Below are positions 27,698-35,958 of a stretch of DNA of 64,000 nt, one piece after another (positions within the stretch are counted from its first letter, which is position 1; each line of letters opens with the position of its first letter). The DNA is taken from assembly GCA_044345405.1 (NCBI GenBank), contig JBIJBE010000007.1, positions 1 to 64,000 of the forward strand, given 5' to 3'. Position numbers and translations under genes: made by a program. Below the pieces are notes generated by a model that saw nothing but the letters and a program-made list of their open reading frames with translations, was not told where the DNA came from and did not search any database. Source of the stretch: Bdellovibrionota bacterium (GTDB lineage Bacteria; Bdellovibrionota_C; UBA2361; OMII01).

Positions 27698-29341
27698 TCA
27701 CTCCCCCATCTCTCTAACCAACCGCTCAAGCTCTGCCGCGGCGGGCCCGTTCTTGAGATACTCTAGAGCTCGATTCTGAATCTGACGTATCCGTTCCTTG
27801 GTAAGCCCCACGTCGTCAGCGATTTCCTGGAGCGTTCGCTCGCCCTTTCCATCAAGGCCGAACCGTTTTGTGAGCACATCCCTCTCCTTATGAGTCAATG
27901 TGCCCAACGCCGCGGTGAGTCGTTGACGAAAGATAACGAGGTCGTCGGGGTACTCATCTATCTCCACCTCTTTTAGTACACTGGTGGAGAGCGTCTCACC
28001 CAGCGTCCTCTCCGTTCCCGTAATGGGAGAGCTGAGACTGAGTGTGTGCGATGTGAATGGGATGAGCGCCGCGAGCTCTTCCGGTTTAACACCAATTTTT
28101 TTCGCCAATGACTCGGGGCTATTTCGTATGCTACCCGAAACATCCCCCGAAAGCCTCACGAGCGCCGCACTCAGACGATCTGGCACATAAATAACCCTTG
28201 CTTGCCGATCATACCCACGACTAAGTCTCTGCTTCACCCAAAATCCAGCGTAGGTGAGAAGCGCGAATCCACTCTTCGGATCGAATTTATCCAAAGCACG
28301 CATAAATCCGATCGCGCCCTCTTGTATCATATCTCCCAACAAGGATTGATACCGCTGGCCCATGCTCACCAACTTTTGAACGAAGGCGTAATTAGCCGTT
28401 GTGATATACTGCTTAATCCGGACGTATGGCTCCTGCGCCGCCTCGATCCCCGCGACGAGACGCCGAGCGACCATCGCTCCACCTCCGAACTCATCGGAAA
28501 GAGCTAGCCATTCGGCGAACCGGGGATCTTGTCGCGCTGCCCTTGAGTGAATGGACCGATACGCGCACTTGAGAGTTATCTCCAGATCAGCGAGCTCATT
28601 AGCTTTTGCGCGCAGCGTCAACGCCTGCTCCAAAAATTCTCCCGGGTCGAGGGGCGTACGCATGAGGAGAGCCGCGACCTCAGAGAGGCGAGCGCCCTTC
28701 TCGTCCGACTTCACCTTTTTTCCGTACAAAGCGTCCACCGCTGTGACCACCTCTTTCGCCTCCCGACGAAGAGCTTCCTCATCGGGCTTTCCGACGGCGC
28801 CACGATGAATAGTCAAACTGGGCTGGCCTTTCCCTTCAACCACATGACGTAGTCGCTCAAGGGAACATCGTTGCACGCAAGGCACCTCATACAATCTTCG
28901 CCAAAACACCTCTCGGTATTCATGCAAACCCGTCAGGAGCTCAGCGATCTGCGCTTTCGACGTCACCGGAACATGTATCGGCACCGAGGAGCTGTGCGCG
29001 AAAAGATCCGAGGCCCGCAAGGAGAGATCCTTGATATACTCCCGGCGCTCCTCAAGCTCCCGCGAAAGCTCGCTCCATGCAGCGGCCGATTTCATCTTTC
29101 GCGTCGCACATAGCGCGACCTCCTCAGCGGCAAGGGCCTCCTCGCACGCGACGAGAGCTTGACGCATGGTCGCTCTGAGACCCCGATCCGTCACAACAAC
29201 GATCTCTGTAAGCGAGGGAAGCTTCTCTAACAACGCGAGCGACACCTCACGGCGCTCGACCAACCGGCGCTCACACTCAACGGCGTTAGCCGTGACTTTG
29301 GCTGCGCGTGATTCCTTACGATGTTCCGGACCCATGACCAT
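27698..29341 (-). CDS. Sigma-70 family RNA polymerase sigma factor (RpoD/RpoS-like C-terminus, atypical N-terminus)
   Basis: Region 2 DMIQEGAIGFMRALDKFDP…TYAGFWVKQ, region 3 SLSSP, region 4 RFGL…TLQEIA…LTKERIRQIQ. Confidence 0.88.
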   Translation of the reverse strand: MVMGPEHRKESRAAKVTANAVECERRLVERREVSLALLEKLPSLTEIVVVTDRGLRATMRQALVACEEALAAEEVALCATRKMKSAAAWSELSRELEERREYIKDLSLRASDLFAHSSSVPIHVPVTSKAQIAELLTGLHEYREVFWRRLYEVPCVQRCSLERLRHVVEGKGQPSLTIHRGAVGKPDEEALRREAKEVVTAVDALYGKKVKSDEKGARLSEVAALLMRTPLDPGEFLEQALTLRAKANELADLEITLKCAYRSIHSRAARQDPRFAEWLALSDEFGGGAMVARRLVAGIEAAQEPYVRIKQYITTANYAFVQKLVSMGQRYQSLLGDMIQEGAIGFMRALDKFDPKSGFALLTYAGFWVKQRLSRGYDRQARVIYVPDRLSAALVRLSGDVSGSIRNSPESLAKKIGVKPEELAALIPFTSHTLSLSSPITGTERTLGETLSTSVLKEVEIDEYPDDLVIFRQRLTAALGTLTHKERDVLTKRFGLDGKGERTLQEIADDVGLTKERIRQIQNRALEYLKNGPAAAELERLVREMGE

Positions 29342-29404
29342 GGACGACTCCAGAAAAACAAATATGAGAGAGGCAAACGAAAAGAGCCCCTGGGATGTGC
29401 TTCG

Positions 29405-30175
29405 TTACCGGACCGCGGCCTTCGTGCGAGAGCCTCGCAGCATAAGCGCGCCGCCCAGTGTTATAAGCACAAGAGCGATAATCTGAGCTTCGCTCATGCT
29501 TCCGGCTACAACGGGATTTACTCGAAATCCTTCGACGCACAACCGCTCAAGCGAAATAAGGACCAAGTACAAACCGAAACGCTGAAAACGCCCGGTTAAC
29601 GCCGTGGGACTGACCTCAATTCTTGAGAGGAACCACAGCACGAAGAGGGATATCGTTGATTCAAAGAGTGGGGTCGGATAGACCAGTACTCCTGGAGGCG
29701 TGGGCACTATGCCGGTGGAGTAGGACATTCCCCAGAAACCCGTAGTGGCGATTCCGTAATCACCATCACCCGAAAGTTGGCACCCGAGACGCCCTATCGC
29801 GTATCCAAGTGCGAGACAGGGCCCGAGCGAATCACAAAACTTTCCGATATCGGTACCATCCCGCCGAGCGAGGTAGAGCACCACGAGCGATCCGATAATA
29901 AAACCACCGTAAAAAGTAAATCCGGCGCTTGAGAAGAGCGCCCCAAGGAGGTCATGCTTCACCTCGCCCCAATTCTCACCAAGATACCAGAGACGAGCTC
30001 CGAGAAGACCGGATATACCAGCGGCGGTCACGTAACGTTCCGCGAGCCGCGCGTCTAAACCGTAGCGCTTAAAACTGATAGCGAGCCGAACAGCGCCAGC
30101 GAAGAGCGCGAGCGCCACCATCAAGCCGAAACTCCGAACCGGAAGTGGGCCGATCTCGATAAGCGTTGGGATCAT
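29405..30175 (-). CDS. lgt: Prolipoprotein diacylglyceryl transferase
   Basis: LGARLWY, GFTFYGG, GYAIGRLGC…DGDYG, YPTPLFE. Confidence 0.92.
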   Translation of the reverse strand: MIPTLIEIGPLPVRSFGLMVALALFAGAVRLAISFKRYGLDARLAERYVTAAGISGLLGARLWYLGENWGEVKHDLLGALFSSAGFTFYGGFIIGSLVVLYLARRDGTDIGKFCDSLGPCLALGYAIGRLGCQLSGDGDYGIATTGFWGMSYSTGIVPTPPGVLVYPTPLFESTISLFVLWFLSRIEVSPTALTGRFQRFGLYLVLISLERLCVEGFRVNPVVAGSMSEAQIIALVLITLGGALMLRGSRTKAAVR

Positions 30176-30178
30176 AAG

Positions 30179-30712
30179 CTACTTGAGCAACGAATTGATA
30201 AGATATCCAACCGCGGGAGATTCCCATTCACGTGGGCCCCACAAACGGGTCTGCGGTGTTCCATCCGCCGGATCAGTGATTACCATTACCCGATGTTCCC
30301 CGTCCAAGACAAAACTTTCCGGGAACCCCTTAACCTGATACTGACGCTTACTCTGTGCTTTGTTGTCGATGATGATTGGGTAGGTGATCCCAAACTTTTG
30401 GATCGTCTCCCTCACATTCTCCTCGGTATCATCAACGGCGATACCGATCACCTGAAAACCACGATCTTTGAATTTAGTGTGCAGGGATTGAAGGGCTGGC
30501 ATCTCCTCAATACAAGGGGCACACCAGGTCGCCCAGAAGTTGAGGAGGAAGAGTTTGCCTTTGGTGTCGTAGAGCGCCAGGGGTGTACCCGTTGGGGTGG
30601 AACCTTGAACGTTCGGAGCTCGATCCCCCGGGTTGATTCCACTGCGCCCGTCGGTGCACGCGATGCACCACACGAGCGCCGTTGCTATCAGCACCCTTTG
30701 GAGGAGTATCAT
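30179..30712 (-). CDS. TlpA/ResA-family thiol-disulfide oxidoreductase (lipoprotein)
   Basis: NFWATWCAPCIEEMP and GFPES. Confidence 0.92.
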   Translation of the reverse strand: MILLQRVLIATALVWCIACTDGRSGINPGDRAPNVQGSTPTGTPLALYDTKGKLFLLNFWATWCAPCIEEMPALQSLHTKFKDRGFQVIGIAVDDTEENVRETIQKFGITYPIIIDNKAQSKRQYQVKGFPESFVLDGEHRVMVITDPADGTPQTRLWGPREWESPAVGYLINSLLK

Positions 30713-30726
30713 GTAGTGATACTCTC

Positions 30727-30960
30727 TTAGCTCTGAGCTGAAGGGGTCGAAGCTGATGGAAGCTTGCCGTACTTCTTCTTGAATCGGTCTACGCGTCCCT
30801 CAGTGTCGAGGAGCTTTTGCTTACCCGTGAAGAATGGGTGGCACTGAGAGCACACACCAACACGAATCTCCGGAACGGTCGCGCCGCAAACAAAGGTGTT
30901 TCCACAGCCGCCGCAATAAACGGTGGCATCGTAATACGTTGGGTGAATGTTCTCTTTCAT
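30727..30960 (-). CDS. rpmE: 50S ribosomal protein L31 (Zn-binding type)
   Basis: [36 protein letters not shown]. Confidence 0.96.
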   Translation of the reverse strand: MKENIHPTYYDATVYCGGCGNTFVCGATVPEIRVGVCSQCHPFFTGKQKLLDTEGRVDRFKKKYGKLPSASTPSAQS

Positions 30961-30969
30961 AGCGGCGCA

Positions 30970-30998
30970 AGGGTACTGTACCGGCATTTGAGTGTCAA
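30970..30998 (-). promoter_or_regulatory. Sigma70 promoter of rpmE (TTGACA-N17-TACCCT)
   Basis: Perfect -35 overlapping the upstream stop codon; the -10 ends 9 nt before the ATG. Confidence 0.65.
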
Positions 30999-31399
30999 CC
31001 TTTGGAGGCCGCTAAAAACGCTTCAATAAAGCCCTCAGGGGGCATTATCCCTCGTCGGGTGTTCATATCCATAAAAACCGATTCGATTCTGGCCTCTACG
31101 GCCACTTTTCCCCGTTCATTCAGTATCTTCTGCCCGATTATGAGGGTTTTTCCCTCTACCTTGAGGTCCTCGCAGGTAACCGTTGCCCTGCCCCGCTTCA
31201 CCTCCCGCTTGTACTGAGCGGCCACAGCGGTGATGACAGCCGCCTGTCCCCGGGCCAAAAGAACGTCATTAGGGAAGCCGATATGGGCCATGTAGGCGAC
31301 CCGGGCCTGCTCGAAGAGGTGAAAACACTGGCCATGGTGGACATGATCGTACACCGGGGCTACCCACTGGTCGTCGAGCTCTACCTGAATTGAAAACAT
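30995..31399 (-). CDS. Acyl-CoA thioesterase (4HBT/YbgC hotdog fold)
   Basis: YDHVHH…FEQARV and QYKREV pattern. Confidence 0.8.
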   Translation of the reverse strand: MFSIQVELDDQWVAPVYDHVHHGQCFHLFEQARVAYMAHIGFPNDVLLARGQAAVITAVAAQYKREVKRGRATVTCEDLKVEGKTLIIGQKILNERGKVAVEARIESVFMDMNTRRGIMPPEGFIEAFLAASKG

Positions 31400-31552
31400 T
31401 TTAGCCCCCTCACATGACGTGTGTGCATCTAAGAACACGTGTTTACCAGACTTTTTGCCTCTCTCAAAGGCGCCTCACGCCCCTACTTCCACCCCTGCGC
31501 TCCCCCGCAAACCGTGATGTAATGAGACCAACGACCACCCTGAAGGACACCT

Positions 31553-32830
31553 ATGAAGCACGCACACCCCCTCCGCATCGCAAAGGCCCTTAAGCTTCTC
31601 AAAGGCGCGACACGCAAAGAGGCGCTCGTTATCTCAAGTAACCCAAGCGTCATCCGCTCGCGAGACACCCACTATCCCTACCGCGCCAACAGCGACCTCT
31701 TCTACTTCACCGGCAGTCATGCGGAAGAGCTGACCTTAGTGCTTCGCCCACACGCCGCGGACCCGATTGTTCTCATCGCGCCACCAACAGACAAGGTGAA
31801 GAACATGTGGGATGGAGCCCCGCCTCCCATTAAGCCACTCGCCAAGGCGCTCAAAGCACCCCTTCTCATGACCCATGAGCCAGTGAAGCAGATCATCTCA
31901 CTTCTTCGTGGACATGACGCGGTCTACCTTCAATCGATAGAGGGAACACCAAGCGCTGGAGTGAAGCACGATCTCTCGTCGCGAAGCACCTACCTCCTGA
32001 GAAACCTTCCCGCGACCCTGATCGACGCGGAGCAGTTCACCTCTCGATTGAGACTCTTCAAGGATCCGGGCGAAGTTGCGCGAATCAAGGAAGCCGCTGA
32101 GATCACCGGCGGCGCCCTGCAAAACGTCCTTCCCCTGATCGAGGCCGGAGTGGCGGAGCGCGAGATCGGAGCCTTCATCGAATACTTCTACAAGGTACAC
32201 GGCGCCGAGCCAGCCTTCGGAACGATCGTCGCAAGTGGCGTTTCAGCGGCGACCCTTCACTATCGCGCGCTCTCTCGAAAACTCAAAAAGGGAGAGCTCC
32301 TCCTCATAGACACCGGCGCGGAGCTCGATATGTACGCGAGCGATATCACCCGCATGATCCCGGTTGGCGGAACAACGACCCCAGAGCTTCGCGACCTTCA
32401 TGACATCGTGCTCCGCGCGCAACTCCTCGCTATCAAGAAGGTTGGTCCTGGTGTGCGCATGATGGATGTCTTTAAGGTCGCCGCCACGGAGCTCACCTAC
32501 GGCCTAAAATACCTGGGAATACTTAAAGGAAACGTATCTCAGCTCGTGAAGAAAGGTGCCTTTAAGCCCTATTTCCCTCACGGTATCGGGCACTCCCTCG
32601 GTATCGATGTGCATGACGCGACCCCAACGGGACAGGAATCGGTCCTTGAGAAGGGAATGGTGGTCACAATTGAGCCGGGGCTCTACTTCCCGAAACCAAC
32701 CGGCCCCCTCCCAGCCTGCGGCGTCCGCATTGAGGATGACGTGCTCGTGACCGCTCGCGGTCATGAGGTGCTCACGGCGAACGCGTTTACGAAGGACCTG
32801 GATGAGTTGGGGATGTTGATGTCTCGATAG
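31553..32830 (+). CDS. pepP: Xaa-Pro aminopeptidase (M24B)
   Basis: YPYRANSDLFYFTG, LHY, DTGAE…YASDITR, HGIGHSLGIDVHD, TIEPGLY, GVRIEDD. Confidence 0.93.
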   Translation: MKHAHPLRIAKALKLLKGATRKEALVISSNPSVIRSRDTHYPYRANSDLFYFTGSHAEELTLVLRPHAADPIVLIAPPTDKVKNMWDGAPPPIKPLAKALKAPLLMTHEPVKQIISLLRGHDAVYLQSIEGTPSAGVKHDLSSRSTYLLRNLPATLIDAEQFTSRLRLFKDPGEVARIKEAAEITGGALQNVLPLIEAGVAEREIGAFIEYFYKVHGAEPAFGTIVASGVSAATLHYRALSRKLKKGELLLIDTGAELDMYASDITRMIPVGGTTTPELRDLHDIVLRAQLLAIKKVGPGVRMMDVFKVAATELTYGLKYLGILKGNVSQLVKKGAFKPYFPHGIGHSLGIDVHDATPTGQESVLEKGMVVTIEPGLYFPKPTGPLPACGVRIEDDVLVTARGHEVLTANAFTKDLDELGMLMSR

Positions 32831-32877
32831 ACTCGACACAAGTGTCTCGATAAATCCTCAACACAGAGGCGAACCCT

Positions 32878-33011
32878 CACGTGAACGTGAACGTAAACGA
32901 AACCACACAGGCACCGTCAATCTTGAGTGCCGGCGTTCTAGATAAACCTTGTGCGAAAATGCCCCATCGATCGGGTACGTTCACGTTTACGTGCACGAGC
33001 ACGTTCACGTG
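32878..33011. repeat. Inverted pair of ACG-core hexamer arrays flanking a ~77-bp core
   Basis: CACGTGAACGTGAACGTAAACG (32878-32899) and …CACGTTTACGTGCACGAGCACGTTCACGTG (32977-33011). Confidence 0.75.
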
Positions 33012-33047
33012 GGCAAAATTCTTACAGCTTTACAGATTAAAGGGAGA

Positions 33048-33842
33048 TTAGCCCACAACCCGGACATTATCGAACCCATATCGTGAAGGGTCAGAGAAGA
33101 TCATAGAAAGCGCGATAACACGCGGCACGAATTTGCGGGTCTCCCGTGGAAACCGACCATTGCGTGACAGTTCCCAGAAATCGGTCTCCCCTTCTGAGGT
33201 CATGACCTTATTCACGGCGCCGCTTCCGGCGTTATACGCCGCAAGCGCGAGGTGCCAATCTTGGAAGTTTACGAAGAGATCTCGGAGGTGCTTCGCGGCC
33301 GCCATCGTTGAGAGCTTCGGATCGAGTCGATCATCCTGCTTCTTTCCAACCTTCAATCCGTAGATTCGCGCGGTCGACTTCATGAACTGCCACATACCCC
33401 GAGCGCCGGCTGGGCTTGCGGCTCGCGGATTGAAACCGCTCTCTACAGCCGCTACGGAGAGAAGCTCGGTTGGAACCCCCTGCCCCTCGAACACCTTCTT
33501 CGTAGCCTCATAGTGGTGCGCGTTCTCGTCGAGAATCCTCAAGACGGTAGAACGTTCGCGGGTAGTGAGTTTATCGAGCTCCGCTTGCACCTCAGGGGTA
33601 ACACCGAATTCAGGCTTCGGGAGGACGCGGGTGGATTGGAGGGTTAACTGGGTCGGTGTGCGCTTGGTTGGTTTGAGGAGAGACTCGCTTGCGGGCGCAA
33701 GCTCAACGGAACGTCCGCCACCAAGCAAACCGCAACCGGTTGTCATGGTCGAAATAAGGACTACCGCCACAAGGGAAAGGGCGGTTCGAATCAAGCGGTG
33801 GCACGGCGATGTGCGCGATGGAGGAACGAAAAGAGTGTGCAT
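33048..33842 (-). CDS. Lytic transglycosylase (SLT, MltD-like catalytic domain), lipoprotein
   Basis: VESGF, AGARGMWQFM, ALAAYNAG, ETRKFVP; lipobox-like TTG-C. Confidence 0.92.
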   Translation of the reverse strand: MHTLFVPPSRTSPCHRLIRTALSLVAVVLISTMTTGCGLLGGGRSVELAPASESLLKPTKRTPTQLTLQSTRVLPKPEFGVTPEVQAELDKLTTRERSTVLRILDENAHHYEATKKVFEGQGVPTELLSVAAVESGFNPRAASPAGARGMWQFMKSTARIYGLKVGKKQDDRLDPKLSTMAAAKHLRDLFVNFQDWHLALAAYNAGSGAVNKVMTSEGETDFWELSRNGRFPRETRKFVPRVIALSMIFSDPSRYGFDNVRVVG

Positions 33843-34109
33843 ACGTCAACCTCGACCGTAGGAGTACACCCCAATCCGAGCGGGGATGGCAAGCGCCGGC
33901 CTCCACCCCTTGGACATCCAGAACACTCAAAAGCAGATAACACACTGAAACCACTAGACTAGCCAAAAACAAACCGCCGTTCCCTTCAGTGGAACCGCTT
34001 CTTTCCAACTTCGCTTTGCTCAATCCAACTCCCCAAAAGGTGCATCTTAACGAGGTAGTGCACGGCCCCAGCTTCATGGGGAACGGCCAGGAGAGAGATC
34101 TCTCAGGGA

Positions 34110-34784
34110 ATGAGGAAGAGTATGCGCACAACGCTCACCACGGTAATGAGCAGACTGTCAAAGGGGCTGGGGATCTGTCGCGTCCTTTCCGGCACTATCA
34201 TCTTGCTTATGACCGGTTGCGCAACGAGCAGCTTCAACCCGTCCACCACTGAGCGGTGGTTGCCGGATGGCTCCTTGAGTATCGTTCGCCCGATCCCTCG
34301 CTTTAACCTGGTCTCGGAGGCCATGGCGTCGCCGAAACAGGAGATCTTTACTGACCCTAAAGCGAGGATGCGGGCTCCAAGTGAACCGCCCTCGGACGAC
34401 TTCGTACCTAAGCTCACGATCGACACAACCAAGCACACTATTACCCTCTCTCGCCCAGGAGAGACCCCTATAACTATGAAAGCTCAAGGGGCGTACGCTC
34501 TGAAAAAGGGAGCGTACACCGTCGCCCTCAAGCAAACAGACCCGTTGTGGTACGCGCCCCCGACCTACTTCTTACGCCGAGGGATGAAGGTTCCTGCGGA
34601 CGGAAGCAAAGAGCGGTTCATGCGTGGGGCCCTTGGACACCAAGCCCTCTTCTTCGACAAGCAGCTTGCGGTCCACTCAGGTCCGGTCTGGAATGACGAG
34701 ATTGGTGGCGTTAAGCTCTCCCGTGAAGATATGAATACGGTCTTTGAGACGGTTTCGGTCGGAACCGTTATTGAGGTTCGGTAG
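34110..34784 (+). CDS. L,D-transpeptidase (YkuD-fold)-like lipoprotein lacking the catalytic Cys
   Basis: Lipobox-like MTG-C, GAYTV…DPLWYAP, GALG, AVHSG…EIGGVKL…VGTVIEV. Confidence 0.7.
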   Translation: MRKSMRTTLTTVMSRLSKGLGICRVLSGTIILLMTGCATSSFNPSTTERWLPDGSLSIVRPIPRFNLVSEAMASPKQEIFTDPKARMRAPSEPPSDDFVPKLTIDTTKHTITLSRPGETPITMKAQGAYALKKGAYTVALKQTDPLWYAPPTYFLRRGMKVPADGSKERFMRGALGHQALFFDKQLAVHSGPVWNDEIGGVKLSREDMNTVFETVSVGTVIEVR

Positions 34785-34799
34785 GACGGGGAGCATCCC

Positions 34800-34833
34800 C
34801 ACGTGTCCGTGCACGGTTACGTTTACGTTCACG
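34800..34833. repeat. ACG-core hexamer micro-array
   Basis: CACGTG TCCGTG CACGGT TACGTT TACGTT CACG. Confidence 0.65.
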
Positions 34834-34993
34834 AAAAGTATCCTCCTGAATACAAAAACTTACCCCTAGCCCCCTCTCCTTCCTCCCCCGTACTCGACAA
34901 GCTCTCAAAAACGAGGCACCATGCGTGAACATTATTCTTTTTGAGTAGACGGGTTACAGGTGCGTCCCGGGCGCACGGCAGAGGTACATATAT

Positions 34994-35689
34994 ATGAAGT
35001 ATGAGAAGCTTGGCGGTGGTTTCATCAAGAAACGAGAGAAGCGAGTCGTTGGACTCTTCATCGATGGAACTGGATTGGACCGCGCTACCCGTCGAATCAA
35101 CCGCAAAGTCGACATGTCGGCCCTCGTTCGGGGCGTTACCTCAGGGATCGCGCCCGTTGTTGCCCGTTACTACACCCTCGTTCCCTATGAGGACGATTCT
35201 CGACAACGCGCATTCCTTGACGCGGTCGCTCGGGCTGGACTCTCCGTTATCGTAAAGCGACTGCCGCCAAAGGGGATTACCCGACAGGTAAGTGTCGACC
35301 TTGAGATGGCCGCTGACATGGTCGCGTTCGCTCACGGCCTCACCTCCTTCAGCAAGGAGAACGAGTATATGCCCGCTGACGCGCCACTTCGCGCAGCCGC
35401 GATTCACACGCCGGCTCAGTACGTGAGACGGCAACAAGCTGAGGAGGCTGAAACGGCTGACACTAAGGAGCAAACCCAAGGTGAGGCGATTCCTGACATC
35501 AAGACCGCCCCCCGCTCCATCGTGGTGGTATGCCCAAGCCGAGAGCTCGCGTACCCCCTCTCCCTCGTAAAGGATATCGCCGCGGACACCACCTCGGCTG
35601 ACTTCGGACAGTTCAACACCGGCGACATTTTGAAGTCCGCTCAAAAGTGGATTGATCTGTCAGATTCAGAGACGATTTGGCGGGACTAA
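34994..35689 (+). CDS. NYN/LabA (PIN-like) domain protein, degenerate
   Basis: FIDG, ARYY, VDLEMAADM, DFG…ADKWIDL-like tail; the GDGDF position reads PSREL. Confidence 0.75.
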   Translation: MKYEKLGGGFIKKREKRVVGLFIDGTGLDRATRRINRKVDMSALVRGVTSGIAPVVARYYTLVPYEDDSRQRAFLDAVARAGLSVIVKRLPPKGITRQVSVDLEMAADMVAFAHGLTSFSKENEYMPADAPLRAAAIHTPAQYVRRQQAEEAETADTKEQTQGEAIPDIKTAPRSIVVVCPSRELAYPLSLVKDIAADTTSADFGQFNTGDILKSAQKWIDLSDSETIWRD

Positions 35690-35958
35690 CCCTACATTCG
35701 CCGCTTTTTCGGCGAAAACAGGGAGGTCTCACGACAAATTAACAATTCGTGAGTCTTGAAACCGTGTAAGGTCGGGGCAAGAATAGCCCCGCAAGGTTCT
35801 TAATGTTTTCGCGCCCAGGCGCGAGGATAGCTTGCAAACCAAGCTAGCCGCCGCCACGGGTCTAGACCTCCATGAGTCGTTTGTCCAAACAATCTTCGGA
35901 CAAACCCGGGGGGCCAATGTCTGTGTAGAGACGGAACCAACCGCACGAGAGAAGCGCC

